From the NCBI GenBank assembly GCA_001275005.1, contig JWZX01001991.1, positions 1 through 35,605 of the forward strand: DNA of 35,605 bases. Reading direction: 5' to 3'. The notes under the pieces were generated by a model. That model was not told where the DNA came from and searched no databases. It was given only the letters and a program-made list of their open reading frames with translations. Source of the DNA: Chrysochromulina tobinii. Taxonomy: Eukaryota. This document shows positions 1-8,913 of this stretch, piece after piece (within the stretch, counting starts at the first letter, position 1; each line of letters starts with the position of its first letter). A program made the position numbers and the translations under genes.

Positions 1-274
1 AGGGACCGGGGTTTCGCGCCGTCACCAGGCTGCTTGTGTAGCTGTGATGAATCGCAATTCTACGTTTCAACGCGCGACCAGGTTTACGGAGGACTACGTG
101 TGTTGAATTTGTGTGTACTGTTAATATTTGAACTCACGGCGACATGTGAACCTTACGAGCTTGTTAAATTAAAACTGGCACGCATCCACCTTCCACGCAC
201 AACGGTTTCGGATATTGCTACACGTATACCTGGTATTAGATCTGAAGAATATACTTCACCACATCACCAGTCGT

Positions 275-1969
275 TCACTCGAAGTCGGAGTGCGCGGTCT
301 CGAAGTCGGACTGCGAGGACGCGGAGGAGCCGTCTGACGAGCCCTCCTCGTCACCGCTCGAGTAGATGATGCCGTACAGCCCGGGCGCTTCCTCGTCCAC
401 GAGGCCATACAGGCCGAGTGCCTCGTTCGGCTCGTCGGGATCGTCCGCTCGGGACGGCGCTCGTCGGCTTTCCCTTGGTAATAAGGTCGGCAGTGCGGTC
501 GTCAATGCGGCCCCAGTATCCATAGCGGAGTTCAAAGTGGGCACGTTCGGACGGCGGCTCCTCCAGCCGAGCGCTTCGGCCAGGGAGCGGCGGCGCGAGC
601 CGACCAGTCGCGCGGTCGCCACGAGGCTCTCCACTTCAGACACGGTCGGCTGGGCGTGCGAAGCAGCCAACGAGGTCCTCCTCTGGTTACTCTTGGTCGC
701 CTGCTCAAGCTTGGCGCGGGCGGACGCTACCGCCTCGAGCAGCTTGGTCGCCGACTGCGCGTCTTCACACCGGCACGTGTAACGGACGACCGGTGCGGTG
801 CACTCGAGCTCCAGCGCCGTGTTGAGCGCCAGCAGCTGCGACGCCTCCGCGCCCATGCTCGACACGGCGCCTGTGCTGGACACGTGGTGCGTGCTGCTCG
901 GCCGTTTTTCGGCCACACCACGCGCGCGCGCGTTGGGCCCATATCCATATTTGGCAACGCGCGCTGGCTCGAGCGTGAGCGATCGCAACGGCAGCACAGC
1001 CTTGAGCGCGAGCGTCGTATTGAGCGTCGGCCCACCACTCGAGAGCACGCGCCGTCGCGGGCGCTTCAGGCGGGCGACCACGAGGCCATCGGAGAGCAAC
1101 GCGAGCCGATAGAGCTTACGCCGCGCGACGCGCGACGGCTTCGACATCTTGACCTCAACCTCGAGCAGTAGCGATCGAGAGGGGGCCAGTAGCAGCGGGA
1201 GCTTGCCTCCAAGCTCATGGTAAAGCGCGATCAGTCGCGCCCCGTCGGCGGCGTGCTTAATCTTGTTGTTCACCTCCTCGTTCACGCGGCGCACCGCTGC
1301 GGCCGCCGCCTCGAGCTCCGGCCTTGGCCCTGCGCGTGCAGGCAGCACGCGCAGCAGCGACTCGAAGAAAAGCGGATACTTGCAGATGCGCTGGACCGGT
1401 CGGATGAGCAGCGAGTCGAGCCGCTCGCCGCGGGCGCCTTCGAGCTCGGCGAGGGCAGGCGTGCTCGCGCGCGCGTTCTTCACGCGTGAGAGCACCAGGG
1501 CATACCCGCTGCAGTACGAAGAGTAGATGCGCAAAAAGGGCGTCAGCGTCGTGAAGGCGCGCGAGACCGCCCAGACGTCAGCGATGCCCGCATGCTCGAG
1601 CCGCTGCAGCAGCTCCTGGTGCACGCCGCGCAGCGAGCACGCCGCCGTCAGAAGCTCCTCGCCCGAAGACGCATCGATCACGGGCCGGAGAAGCGGCACG
1701 AACGCCGTCACGAGCGCATCCAGCGCGGCCACGTACGAACGCTCCGTCTCGAGCACCTCGCGCAGGATCTTGGTTATCTCCGCGCGTGCCGCGTCGCCTA
1801 TCGGATCGGTATCAGAGGGGCCAGCGGCTTTTCCGGGCGGTGGCTGCTCACTCTCGACCGCCGCTCCATCCACAGCGGATGTAAGTGGCTCCGTGAGCTG
1901 TCCGTCGGCCGCAGCTCGGCCGCGGCCGAAGAGGCCCGGGCAGATGAAGCTGCAGCACATGGTGGCCAT
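275..1969 (-). CDS. RhoGEF (Dbl-homology DH domain followed by PH-like domain)
   Basis: DH motifs ILREVLETERSYV, FLRIYSSYC, LDSLLIRPVQRICKYPLFF; downstream PH-like segment (LYRLALLSDGLVVA). Probable start MATMCC ATG at 1969, because the longer ORF-track extension overlaps the divergent neighbour. Confidence 0.88.
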   Translation of the reverse strand: MATMCCSFICPGLFGRGRAAADGQLTEPLTSAVDGAAVESEQPPPGKAAGPSDTDPIGDAARAEITKILREVLETERSYVAALDALVTAFVPLLRPVIDASSGEELLTAACSLRGVHQELLQRLEHAGIADVWAVSRAFTTLTPFLRIYSSYCSGYALVLSRVKNARASTPALAELEGARGERLDSLLIRPVQRICKYPLFFESLLRVLPARAGPRPELEAAAAAVRRVNEEVNNKIKHAADGARLIALYHELGGKLPLLLAPSRSLLLEVEVKMSKPSRVARRKLYRLALLSDGLVVARLKRPRRRVLSSGGPTLNTTLALKAVLPLRSLTLEPARVAKYGYGPNARARGVAEKRPSSTHHVSSTGAVSSMGAEASQLLALNTALELECTAPVVRYTCRCEDAQSATKLLEAVASARAKLEQATKSNQRRTSLAASHAQPTVSEVESLVATARLVGSRRRSLAEALGWRSRRPNVPTLNSAMDTGAALTTALPTLLPRESRRAPSRADDPDEPNEALGLYGLVDEEAPGLYGIIYSSGDEEGSSDGSSASSQSDFETAHSDFE

Positions 1970-2185
1970 CGTGTTGCTGCTTTCAGTCGTCTGTGAGTGT
2001 GCGCAGGTCCGGCAACACGGAGTAAGTAGACACAAGGTTGGACTTTGCGGACTCCATTTATCAGGGGTTTCGTCTGTGCGTACACGTTCCTTCACAGTGA
2101 CGTTGCCGTACTTTGAGGCATCCGGGACTCTGGCCGGTAGGTTGTCTACCGAAGTTCCGCCATTTGGCGCGAGAGAACCTCCGCA

Positions 2186-3040
2186 ATGTCGACCACCGAC
2201 AAGTCCTTCAGTCCGCTCAAGGTGCTCGGCGCGACCGAGGATGAGGTGCACATCGAGCGCGCCTTCATCCTGTGCTCGAGCGCCAAAGAGAGGTCGTCCA
2301 CTGATAAGAGAGCCTTTGTTGAGTTCAGCATCGACACCGAGGAGGAGCTGGCGGCACTCGCAATCGCTCAAAACCCAAAGGTGGAGCGCGTGCTTGGTAT
2401 GAAGACCAATCCCCCACTCAACTGGCTCAATTTCGCATCGGACAAATCCAAAGACGACGCCATCAAGTCTAGCCGCGTGCTGCGCACCAAGGCGCTCAAG
2501 ACGCTCGGCGCCACAATAGACGACATCCGGATCGAGAAGGCGCTTCTCGTCCTCGGCGAGGCGACCGGGCGCGAGGTGCCCGCGGGCAAGCTGCCGCGGG
2601 CCCGGCCGCCGACGTGGGCCGCGCCGCCGCGCACAGCCGAGGCGGTGTCGGGCGTCTCGGTCTTCTTGCTCGCTGTCCTGCCGTGGGGCGTGCTCGCGCC
2701 GCTCAACATCCTCAAGCTACAGCTCAACAAGGTAAGTCCCGGCGCGCACCTATGGGTGCCAAGCGAGACTGAGCAGTGTCAGGCCGCGTGCGGCATCGCG
2801 CGCATGTGGGCCACTCTCTTCTGGTCCATGCAGTTTGCAAATGCGTGCGCGTGCCTCTACCTTCACTACAACCGAGAGCGCGGGCTCGCTCTGCTCGGCG
2901 CGTCGCACAAGATTTGCGTGGGCGCCATCCTGCTCAAGGCGTACCTGGGCGGGGTCATCTACTGGCCCATCGGCCTTGCCGGCTGTGCGGTCGAATGGGT
3001 CTTTGCGGCACTCTTTCTGCGTGAGCTGCGACTCCCTTGA
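2186..3040 (+). CDS. hypothetical membrane protein with an internally repeated N-terminal domain and about 4 C-terminal TM helices
   Basis: 284-aa ATG-started ORF with GC3-rich codons; hydrophobic segments VSVFLLAVLPWGVL, MWATLFWSMQFANACACLYL, ICVGAILLKAYL, IYWPIGLAGCAVEWVFAALFL. Confidence 0.7.
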   Translation: MSTTDKSFSPLKVLGATEDEVHIERAFILCSSAKERSSTDKRAFVEFSIDTEEELAALAIAQNPKVERVLGMKTNPPLNWLNFASDKSKDDAIKSSRVLRTKALKTLGATIDDIRIEKALLVLGEATGREVPAGKLPRARPPTWAAPPRTAEAVSGVSVFLLAVLPWGVLAPLNILKLQLNKVSPGAHLWVPSETEQCQAACGIARMWATLFWSMQFANACACLYLHYNRERGLALLGASHKICVGAILLKAYLGGVIYWPIGLAGCAVEWVFAALFLRELRLP

Positions 3041-3078
3041 GAGAGACCTCAATGCGCGCCGCCGCTGCGCGTGACGTG

Positions 3079-3200
3079 AGCGATCCGTCCCATCAAAATT
3101 GACGAACCCTGAGACTGGAGCAGCGATCCGTCCCATCAGAAGTGACGAACCCTTAGACTGGAGCAGCGATCCGTCCCATAAGAAGTGACGAACCCTTAGA
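3079..3200. repeat. 43-bp tandem repeat, about 2.8 copies
   Basis: AGCGATCCGTCCCAT..GACGAACCCT.AGACTGGAGC units start at 3079, 3122 and 3165, with no unique spacers. Confidence 0.9.
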
Positions 3201-3526
3201 GCTGAGACTGGCGCGCCACAGCTCAGGGCCCCCGCCACCGACGGCACGTTCACGTAGCACGGCTTCTCGTCTCGTCGCGCTCGGCGCACAACGTCAGCCA
3301 AATAGGGCGCACATCAGGCAGTCAGGCCCGCGGCCCTGCGGCCTCTGCTCGTCGGCCCGGTGATAAGCAACGCGAGATTTGACCTTTTGACGCGGTGAGG
3401 CGGTGACGGATCGTTCTCCGCACAATTTTGTATACGTTTTCACTTTAATTACAACTTTCTTGGTAGTAGTAGAGTGACACATCGGCCGCTCTTCCAGCGG
3501 CCATCCGTAGGGTCTTCCTACACACG

Positions 3527-3614
3527 CGCGCACGGCCCCAGTATTATCAGCTCTCAGCAAGCGGGCTCCCCGTGCGGGGCGATTTCCGCTCGAAGCTTCA
3601 TTTCGGCGAGCGCG
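3527..3614 (-). promoter_or_regulatory. candidate eukaryotic SECIS element (form 2) in the peroxiredoxin 3' UTR
   Basis: Minus strand reads AUGA (3601-3598), 12 nt, AAA (3585-3583), ministem CCCC-GCAC-GGGG, CCGCUUG pairing with CGAGCGG, then UGAG/UGAU 3' core; outer helix CGCGC..GCC / GGC..GCGCG. It begins about 60 nt after the stop codon. Confidence 0.8.
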
Positions 3615-3674
3615 AATGTGCGGAACGACCCGGATTTGGCCGCTAACGTTGTCTACTGAGCGTGGACCTCACGC

Positions 3675-4283
3675 TCACTTGAGACCCTTGATCGCGGCGA
3701 GCACGCCAGCGGCCGAGGAGTTGGCATTGGCGCCAGGGGCGTCACCGGAGGGGTCAGCGCCATCGTCCGGCGTGCCGCTGACGGCGACGTGCTTGATCAC
3801 GCCGTTGTCCACGTACAGCGCGAAGCGCTTCGAGCGCACTCCGCCCAGGGCCTTCATCGTGCCCGCCGCCTTCATCTCGAGGTCCAGCGCTTTCGTCAGG
3901 GCACCCGTCGTATCAGCGAAGAACGAGATGTTGGTGCCGGCAATCTTCTGGTCCTTGGCCCAAGCCTCCATGACGGCTGCATCGTTGACGCAGTAGACGA
4001 GGACCTCGTCGATGCCTGCATTACGGACGTCATCACGTGCCTTCTTGTAGCCAGGCACCTGGTCCTTGGATCAGGTTGGCGTGAAGGCGCCGGGCAACCC
4101 AACGATGATCACCTTCTTCATGGCGATCTTGTCGGCGAGGTTGAAGGGCGTGGGAGGCCACGAGGCCTTTTCCACTTCCACGGAAGGGAACTTGCTGCCG
4201 ACGGCAATCGCCATCGTGCGCGCATGGCGCTCCGCAAGCGGGCGACCCGCACCGACGACGCGACGCAGTGACATCATAATCAT
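3675..4283 (-). CDS. PRDX5: peroxiredoxin-5 type (Prx5/PrxII) selenoprotein, UGA=Sec at 4073-4071, with a probable mitochondrial transit peptide
   Basis: ORFs 4071..4283 and 3675..4058 are in the same frame. Read-through gives GLPGAFTPT-U-SKDQVPGY, matching Prx5 PGAFTPxCS; also VYCVNDAAVMEAW and RSKRFALYV. The N-terminus is Arg-rich and acid-poor. Confidence 0.92.
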
Positions 4284-4686
4284 AACAAGGACCTGTGAAT
4301 GTGAATGCGCATCTATTCGCTGTCGGACCCCCCTGGCTCGTGCGCTCCCTGGGTCGCTCCGGAGGCGATCTCCAAAACCGCGAAACCCGCCCCCCGGTTC
4401 GACGCGTACAGTCGTCTGCGCCGGGGGCCCTCTTGGGTGTAGCTACGTGGTAGGATTCCTATCCGGATACGGCGTACACGCGTCGCGGGGACACGACGAA
4501 TCGATACTTGTAGTACGACCTAACACCCATAATTTACAATTCGATTTTATAATGGTCGTTATCCCGGGTTCATCTCTACATCGTCTGTTTCGTCTCTTTC
4601 TGACAAATTATCTACTTCTTACCCCCTCAGGAGAGTACTCAGGAGTGAACAAGCGGCCGTATCGGGTCCTGCTGACTATACAAGTT

Positions 4687-7110
4687 TTACGCGCTGGTCT
4701 TGATCAGCACCGAGCGCAGCTTGCTCGTGCTCACGCCCTTTCTGCTCGCCGTCTTATGCTCCGATTTCGAGCCGTCGGCGATGGTCACGATGGCCCTCGA
4801 GAGGGCCGGCTGCTGCTTTGATGCCGCGTTGAGTGACGAGGACGGCTCACTCGAGAGCTTCTTTGGTGCCGAGGACGGCTCACTCGAGAGCTTCTTCGGT
4901 GCCGAGGACGGGTCCGGAGGCGCCTGCAGTGGCGGCGGGCTGCCGACTTTTCTGCGCGCGGCCAGCCGCACGCAGTCGAGCGGATTGAAGGGCTGGTTCT
5001 GGCTGTTGGCGCCGTCGATGGCTGCGCTCGCGCCCGCGGTGGGAGGCTCGCCGAGCGGGTTGCCGAGCTTCAGCTGGCTCACTCCTTCCTCCCAGGCCTT
5101 CTTAATGTCGAACGTACGTAGGCTGTCGCCCGTCTGCTTCGCCCAGAGCTCGAGAGAAAAGGCCCATGGCTTACCGGTACCTCCCATCGCGGCCTTCTGA
5201 AAGTCATCGCCCTGAATCCCCTCGAGGACCTCGTTGTAGTTGACACTTCCCGACCTGTCCTTGTCGAGCTTGTCGAAGAGAGCGTCCATTTGAGCCTCGG
5301 TCACTTGCGAGCTTGGCTCAAGTGACTTGAGCGCCTTGCGGAACTCGGCCGCATCGAGCTTGCCGGAGCCGTCCTCGTCCCACGTCTCGAAGACCTTCTT
5401 GAAGCCGTCTTTGGCCAAGCCTCCGAACCACTTTGCAAAGTTCTGCTCGCTCTCGCCGTGGTCCGGCTCGGGAGGTACCCTCGGTGTACTGGGCGGTAAG
5501 TGCATGCCCAGATTCTCCTTGAGCCGCTGCGCACAGCGTGCCACTGTGCGGAATACATGCTCTGCATGCTGCCACGCCTGGCGGGGATCGCCTCCGAAGG
5601 AGGTCTCCAGGTACGGCATGCGTCCGCCACAGGTGAGCATCCACTCGCGCACGTCCTCCTCGAACACTTGCCGCGGGCGCATCACGTCGACCTCTGCCTT
5701 GTTGCCCACGAGCACGAACGGGAAATTCTTTGGAGTTCGGCCCGTTAGCCGTGAGAACTCATGCAGCCAGCCACCGACCTCGCTCAGCGCGCGGAAGGAG
5801 CGCATCGACTTGACATCAAAGACGAGCAGCACGACATGAGCCTGCTTATAGAAGACCATCGAGAGGGCTTTATAGCGCGGGTTGCCCGCGGTATCAAGCA
5901 GTAGAAGCGGTAGCGGGTGGCTACCCGGGACAGTGACGCTCACCTCGTGGCACGTGGTGCCCATCGTCGGCCAATACGGCGCCTTGCTCTCGTATCCAGC
6001 ACGCTCCTCCAGCCCATCAGCGAGGTCGCGACTGAAACGAGGCGCGAGAGGTCCGCGAGACGTGCGCGTGCTGCGCGTGCTGCGCCCATGCATCGAGTCG
6101 CCGATGCCGGCGATGCCGCCGGCGCCGCCGGTAAGGCCGGCGAACATGCTTCCGCCGTGAAGGCTGATGCCGGCGACATCGCCGGCAAGGCTCCCGACGA
6201 TGCCGCCGAGCAGCCCGCCTGCCTGCGGTGGCCCTTTGCAGAAGGCCTCGATGAGAGTCGTCTTCCCCGCTCCGCTCGAGCCGAGCACCACGACTCGCTG
6301 GCGCTTGAGTGGTTCCCCATCGAGTCCAATCTCTCGCGGCAGGAAGGCCTGAAGCTCGCGCAGCATCGCCATCTCGTCCGCCTTCGCGTACGTACGAAGG
6401 AACGCGCGCACCCAGCACGAGCGGGGCATTCGCGAGAAGTGAGGCTGCACGATCGGAAGCTCGCTCACCGGCTTCGTCAAGTGCCATCGCAAGCGCCACG
6501 TCTCATCTTGGGCGTCGGGCGGCTTGCCGGGCGCGGTCGCGAGCGAGACGCGCAGAAAAAATGCTGGCCACTCGGTCTCCGGCCAGTCCAGCCACTTACA
6601 CAGCAGCGACGTCGAGTAGACCTCAAGGACCGTTGCACGGAACCAGCGGCCACGCCAGCACAAGGTACACAACTTGCCTGTGCGCGTCAGGATGCGCTTG
6701 ATCATGCCCGTCGAAAGCACGGCCTGCTCGGCGATGATGAGGTCCTCGAGGCTCACGAACGCGGGGTCCTTGAACACCGTGTCGCGCTCAAGCGGCTGCG
6801 GCGAGTAGTAGGCGACCAACTCGTTGCCAGAGTTGATGCTGTAGCGGTCGATGGCCATCATGTCGCGGAGCGGCACGCCGCGGAACTCGAGCTCGATCTC
6901 CTCAGCCTTTGGAACTACCTTGCTGCGAAGGTTACCCGTATCCTGCAGCAGGCGCAGCGCAATCTCAATCTTGACCTTCAGCACGAACACCATGTCGGAG
7001 TGGTCCACCGTCAGCGGCAGCAGCGGGCCCTCAAGCCCACGATCGAGCTTGACGCGCAGACGCACCGAGGTGTCAGCCACTGAGAAGGCGCTGCGCAGGC
7101 GTCGCTGCAT
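4687..7110 (-). CDS. multidomain protein: ubiquitin-like + Tudor/SH3-like + Rab-like small GTPase + 2 EF-hands
   Basis: G1 GSSGAGKT, G2 PTMG, G3 DTAGN, G4 NKAE, G5-like ETS; Rab7-like FPFVLVGNK; EF loops DEDGSGKLDAAE and DKDRSGSVNYNE; N-terminal Ubl-like pattern (LTVDHSDMVFVLKVKI..LEFRGVPLRD..YSI). Confidence 0.85.
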   Translation of the reverse strand: MQRRLRSAFSVADTSVRLRVKLDRGLEGPLLPLTVDHSDMVFVLKVKIEIALRLLQDTGNLRSKVVPKAEEIELEFRGVPLRDMMAIDRYSINSGNELVAYYSPQPLERDTVFKDPAFVSLEDLIIAEQAVLSTGMIKRILTRTGKLCTLCWRGRWFRATVLEVYSTSLLCKWLDWPETEWPAFFLRVSLATAPGKPPDAQDETWRLRWHLTKPVSELPIVQPHFSRMPRSCWVRAFLRTYAKADEMAMLRELQAFLPREIGLDGEPLKRQRVVVLGSSGAGKTTLIEAFCKGPPQAGGLLGGIVGSLAGDVAGISLHGGSMFAGLTGGAGGIAGIGDSMHGRSTRSTRTSRGPLAPRFSRDLADGLEERAGYESKAPYWPTMGTTCHEVSVTVPGSHPLPLLLLDTAGNPRYKALSMVFYKQAHVVLLVFDVKSMRSFRALSEVGGWLHEFSRLTGRTPKNFPFVLVGNKAEVDVMRPRQVFEEDVREWMLTCGGRMPYLETSFGGDPRQAWQHAEHVFRTVARCAQRLKENLGMHLPPSTPRVPPEPDHGESEQNFAKWFGGLAKDGFKKVFETWDEDGSGKLDAAEFRKALKSLEPSSQVTEAQMDALFDKLDKDRSGSVNYNEVLEGIQGDDFQKAAMGGTGKPWAFSLELWAKQTGDSLRTFDIKKAWEEGVSQLKLGNPLGEPPTAGASAAIDGANSQNQPFNPLDCVRLAARRKVGSPPPLQAPPDPSSAPKKLSSEPSSAPKKLSSEPSSSLNAASKQQPALSRAIVTIADGSKSEHKTASRKGVSTSKLRSVLIKTSA
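4836..4912. repeat. 33-bp coding tandem repeat (SSAPKKLSSEP), about 2.3 copies
   Basis: GAGGACGGCTCACTCGAGAGCTTCTTYGGTGCC repeated. Confidence 0.85.
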
Positions 7111-7678
7111 GGGTCAACGACCACGCGGTGGATCGGCGACGCAGAAGTGAGTGGACGGGATCGCGTTCAATATTCGAGAAATTCGCGAACGTTGGATTTC
7201 CATTAAAAGCAAGTTTATACATGTAACGCCCGTGACCCTCTTCGTGCCCCTCTGGGCTCCGTCCTGGTCCTCGCAGGCCTCGCTCCGCATGTCGCTCCGC
7301 CAGTATCCTCTGAGACGTCGCCCAATGACGTCGCCTCTCCCCGGGGGCTGGGCAACACCTGCGTGCGGGCGCCTCTTGTCGCTGTCCTTCGTGCCCCCTA
7401 GGTGCATTAGGGGGTTGGTATGGTGCGGGCGTGTGCCCCTTAACCTAAACGAACATGCACCGGTGGGCTCGCCGTTCCGCCGTCTACTTCCGTGCAGGGA
7501 CTTAAAGATCCTCACTTACGGCTTTATCTCATGTCTGCGCTGTTTCGCACACATGTTTATGACATGATTCATGCAGATGGAGTAGAGCGAACAGACTGTC
7601 CGTTGGCGTGTCTCGAAGCGCGTTGATCTCGACGAACCCCCCAGCCGCGGACTGGGTGATTCACGGGGCGGCGTCTGT

Positions 7679-8659
7679 TCACGGCGCGTCGGGCCATTTG
7701 ATCTCGCCGCACGCAAGGCGTGGGCCCGCGTTCCCCGTGATCTTCGAGACGAACCCGTTTCTCGGCGGCCCCGGCATGCTCGCCATCGAGTTATCTCCGT
7801 GTCCGAGATCATCCGGCTCCGCATGCACCAGGATGCTCCGGCCAATGACCGAGAACTTGCCGCTCAGCTGCACGAGGTTCGAGAAGAGCTTGCCTTTGGC
7901 TCGCCCGTCGCGATCGGCGATGATGTTGCCCAAGTCGCCCACGTGACGATTCTCGTCCTCCAGTCCGCCATGATCCTTCCCGTGAGGGTTATAGTGGCCC
8001 CCGGCACTCAGGCAGCCGTTCGAAAAGTCGGCTGTCTCGTGAATATGGAATCCGTGAGCGCCTTGGGCGAGCCCGACAATGTCGTACTCGATCAGGCAGC
8101 CCGAGCCCTGTGGCGTGAGCTTCACGGTGCCCTCCACCCGCGCAGCGATGGCGGGTGCAAACTGTGGCACGTTGTTCTTGGGCGCGTTCTTTAATTTGGC
8201 ATTGGGCGTCATCGACGGAGCGAGGGCGGCTTGTCCGCAGGGCTTGCCATTCGGGCTGATTTTGCAGATCGCGTACTTCGCGCCGAGCCCGCCGTCGCAC
8301 CGCAGGGCCTTTAGCACTGCGCCGTAGAGTGAGCAGAAGAAGTTGTCCATCGTGTTGTTCGACACGGTGCCCTTGACTTTCGTGGGTGACTCCACTCCTT
8401 TCCTGGGTGACAGCTCCTCCGCTGCCTTGATGAATGCCTTGACGCCACCAGGTAGTGAACAGGCCTTGACATCATCAGCTTGGGCATTAGGCGTCAGCGC
8501 CTGCGCCGCTTTGTCCCATCCCATGCTCTTTGTGGGCGTCTTTGTGGGAGACCTTGCTGCACGTGCCGAAGCGCGCTTTTCAGCATCGGCGCGCACCTGG
8601 GCCTGCACGCGGAGCGACTCCGCATCTGCGTCCGCGACTGCTGCTGGACCTGTGGCCAT
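7679..8659 (-). CDS. SOD1: Cu/Zn superoxide dismutase with a long N-terminal extension
   Basis: HGFHIH, CLSAGGHYNP, HGG, RHVGDLGN, GRSILVH, GNAGPRLACG: all metal ligands, the disulfide Cys pair and the catalytic Arg are present. Confidence 0.95.
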   Translation of the reverse strand: MATGPAAVADADAESLRVQAQVRADAEKRASARAARSPTKTPTKSMGWDKAAQALTPNAQADDVKACSLPGGVKAFIKAAEELSPRKGVESPTKVKGTVSNNTMDNFFCSLYGAVLKALRCDGGLGAKYAICKISPNGKPCGQAALAPSMTPNAKLKNAPKNNVPQFAPAIAARVEGTVKLTPQGSGCLIEYDIVGLAQGAHGFHIHETADFSNGCLSAGGHYNPHGKDHGGLEDENRHVGDLGNIIADRDGRAKGKLFSNLVQLSGKFSVIGRSILVHAEPDDLGHGDNSMASMPGPPRNGFVSKITGNAGPRLACGEIKWPDAP

Positions 8660-8913
8660 GACGGCTTCGTGCGTCGCCGCGAACGTTTTGATTCAATGGC
8701 AGGGGTCCGATGGCACACAAGCGAATCCTGGAGTGTGCAAAAAGATTCTTGACTTGATGACGCTGGATGATGTGGATGACGTTCATGTTCAAGTTCACGT
8801 TCACGTCAAATTGCCACACGTTCATGTTTCACGCGGGTTCATTGCAGTTGTTGTGGTGGTACTAGTACAACTGCAAGGATCCTTCTTAGATGAAAACAAC
8901 AATCGCGAGGGAG

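Noticed and set aside
1970..2371. N-terminal extension of the RhoGEF ORF
   Set aside because: Non-ATG start, crosses the AT-richer intergenic region and overlaps the divergent gene.
2731..2738. Perfect GTAAGT donor in the membrane-protein gene
   Set aside because: The frame stays open and no convincing acceptor is needed; cannot be supported without RNA data.
3079..3200. 43-bp repeats as a CRISPR array
   Set aside because: Head-to-tail copies without unique spacers, eukaryotic context, and no cas genes.
4071..4073. Peroxiredoxin as a pseudogene
   Set aside because: The stop is TGA exactly at the catalytic Cys, the rest of the gene is intact, and a SECIS candidate follows.
5917..7083. 388-aa plus-strand ORF
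   Set aside because: Antisense shadow of the GTPase gene, typical of high-GC DNA.
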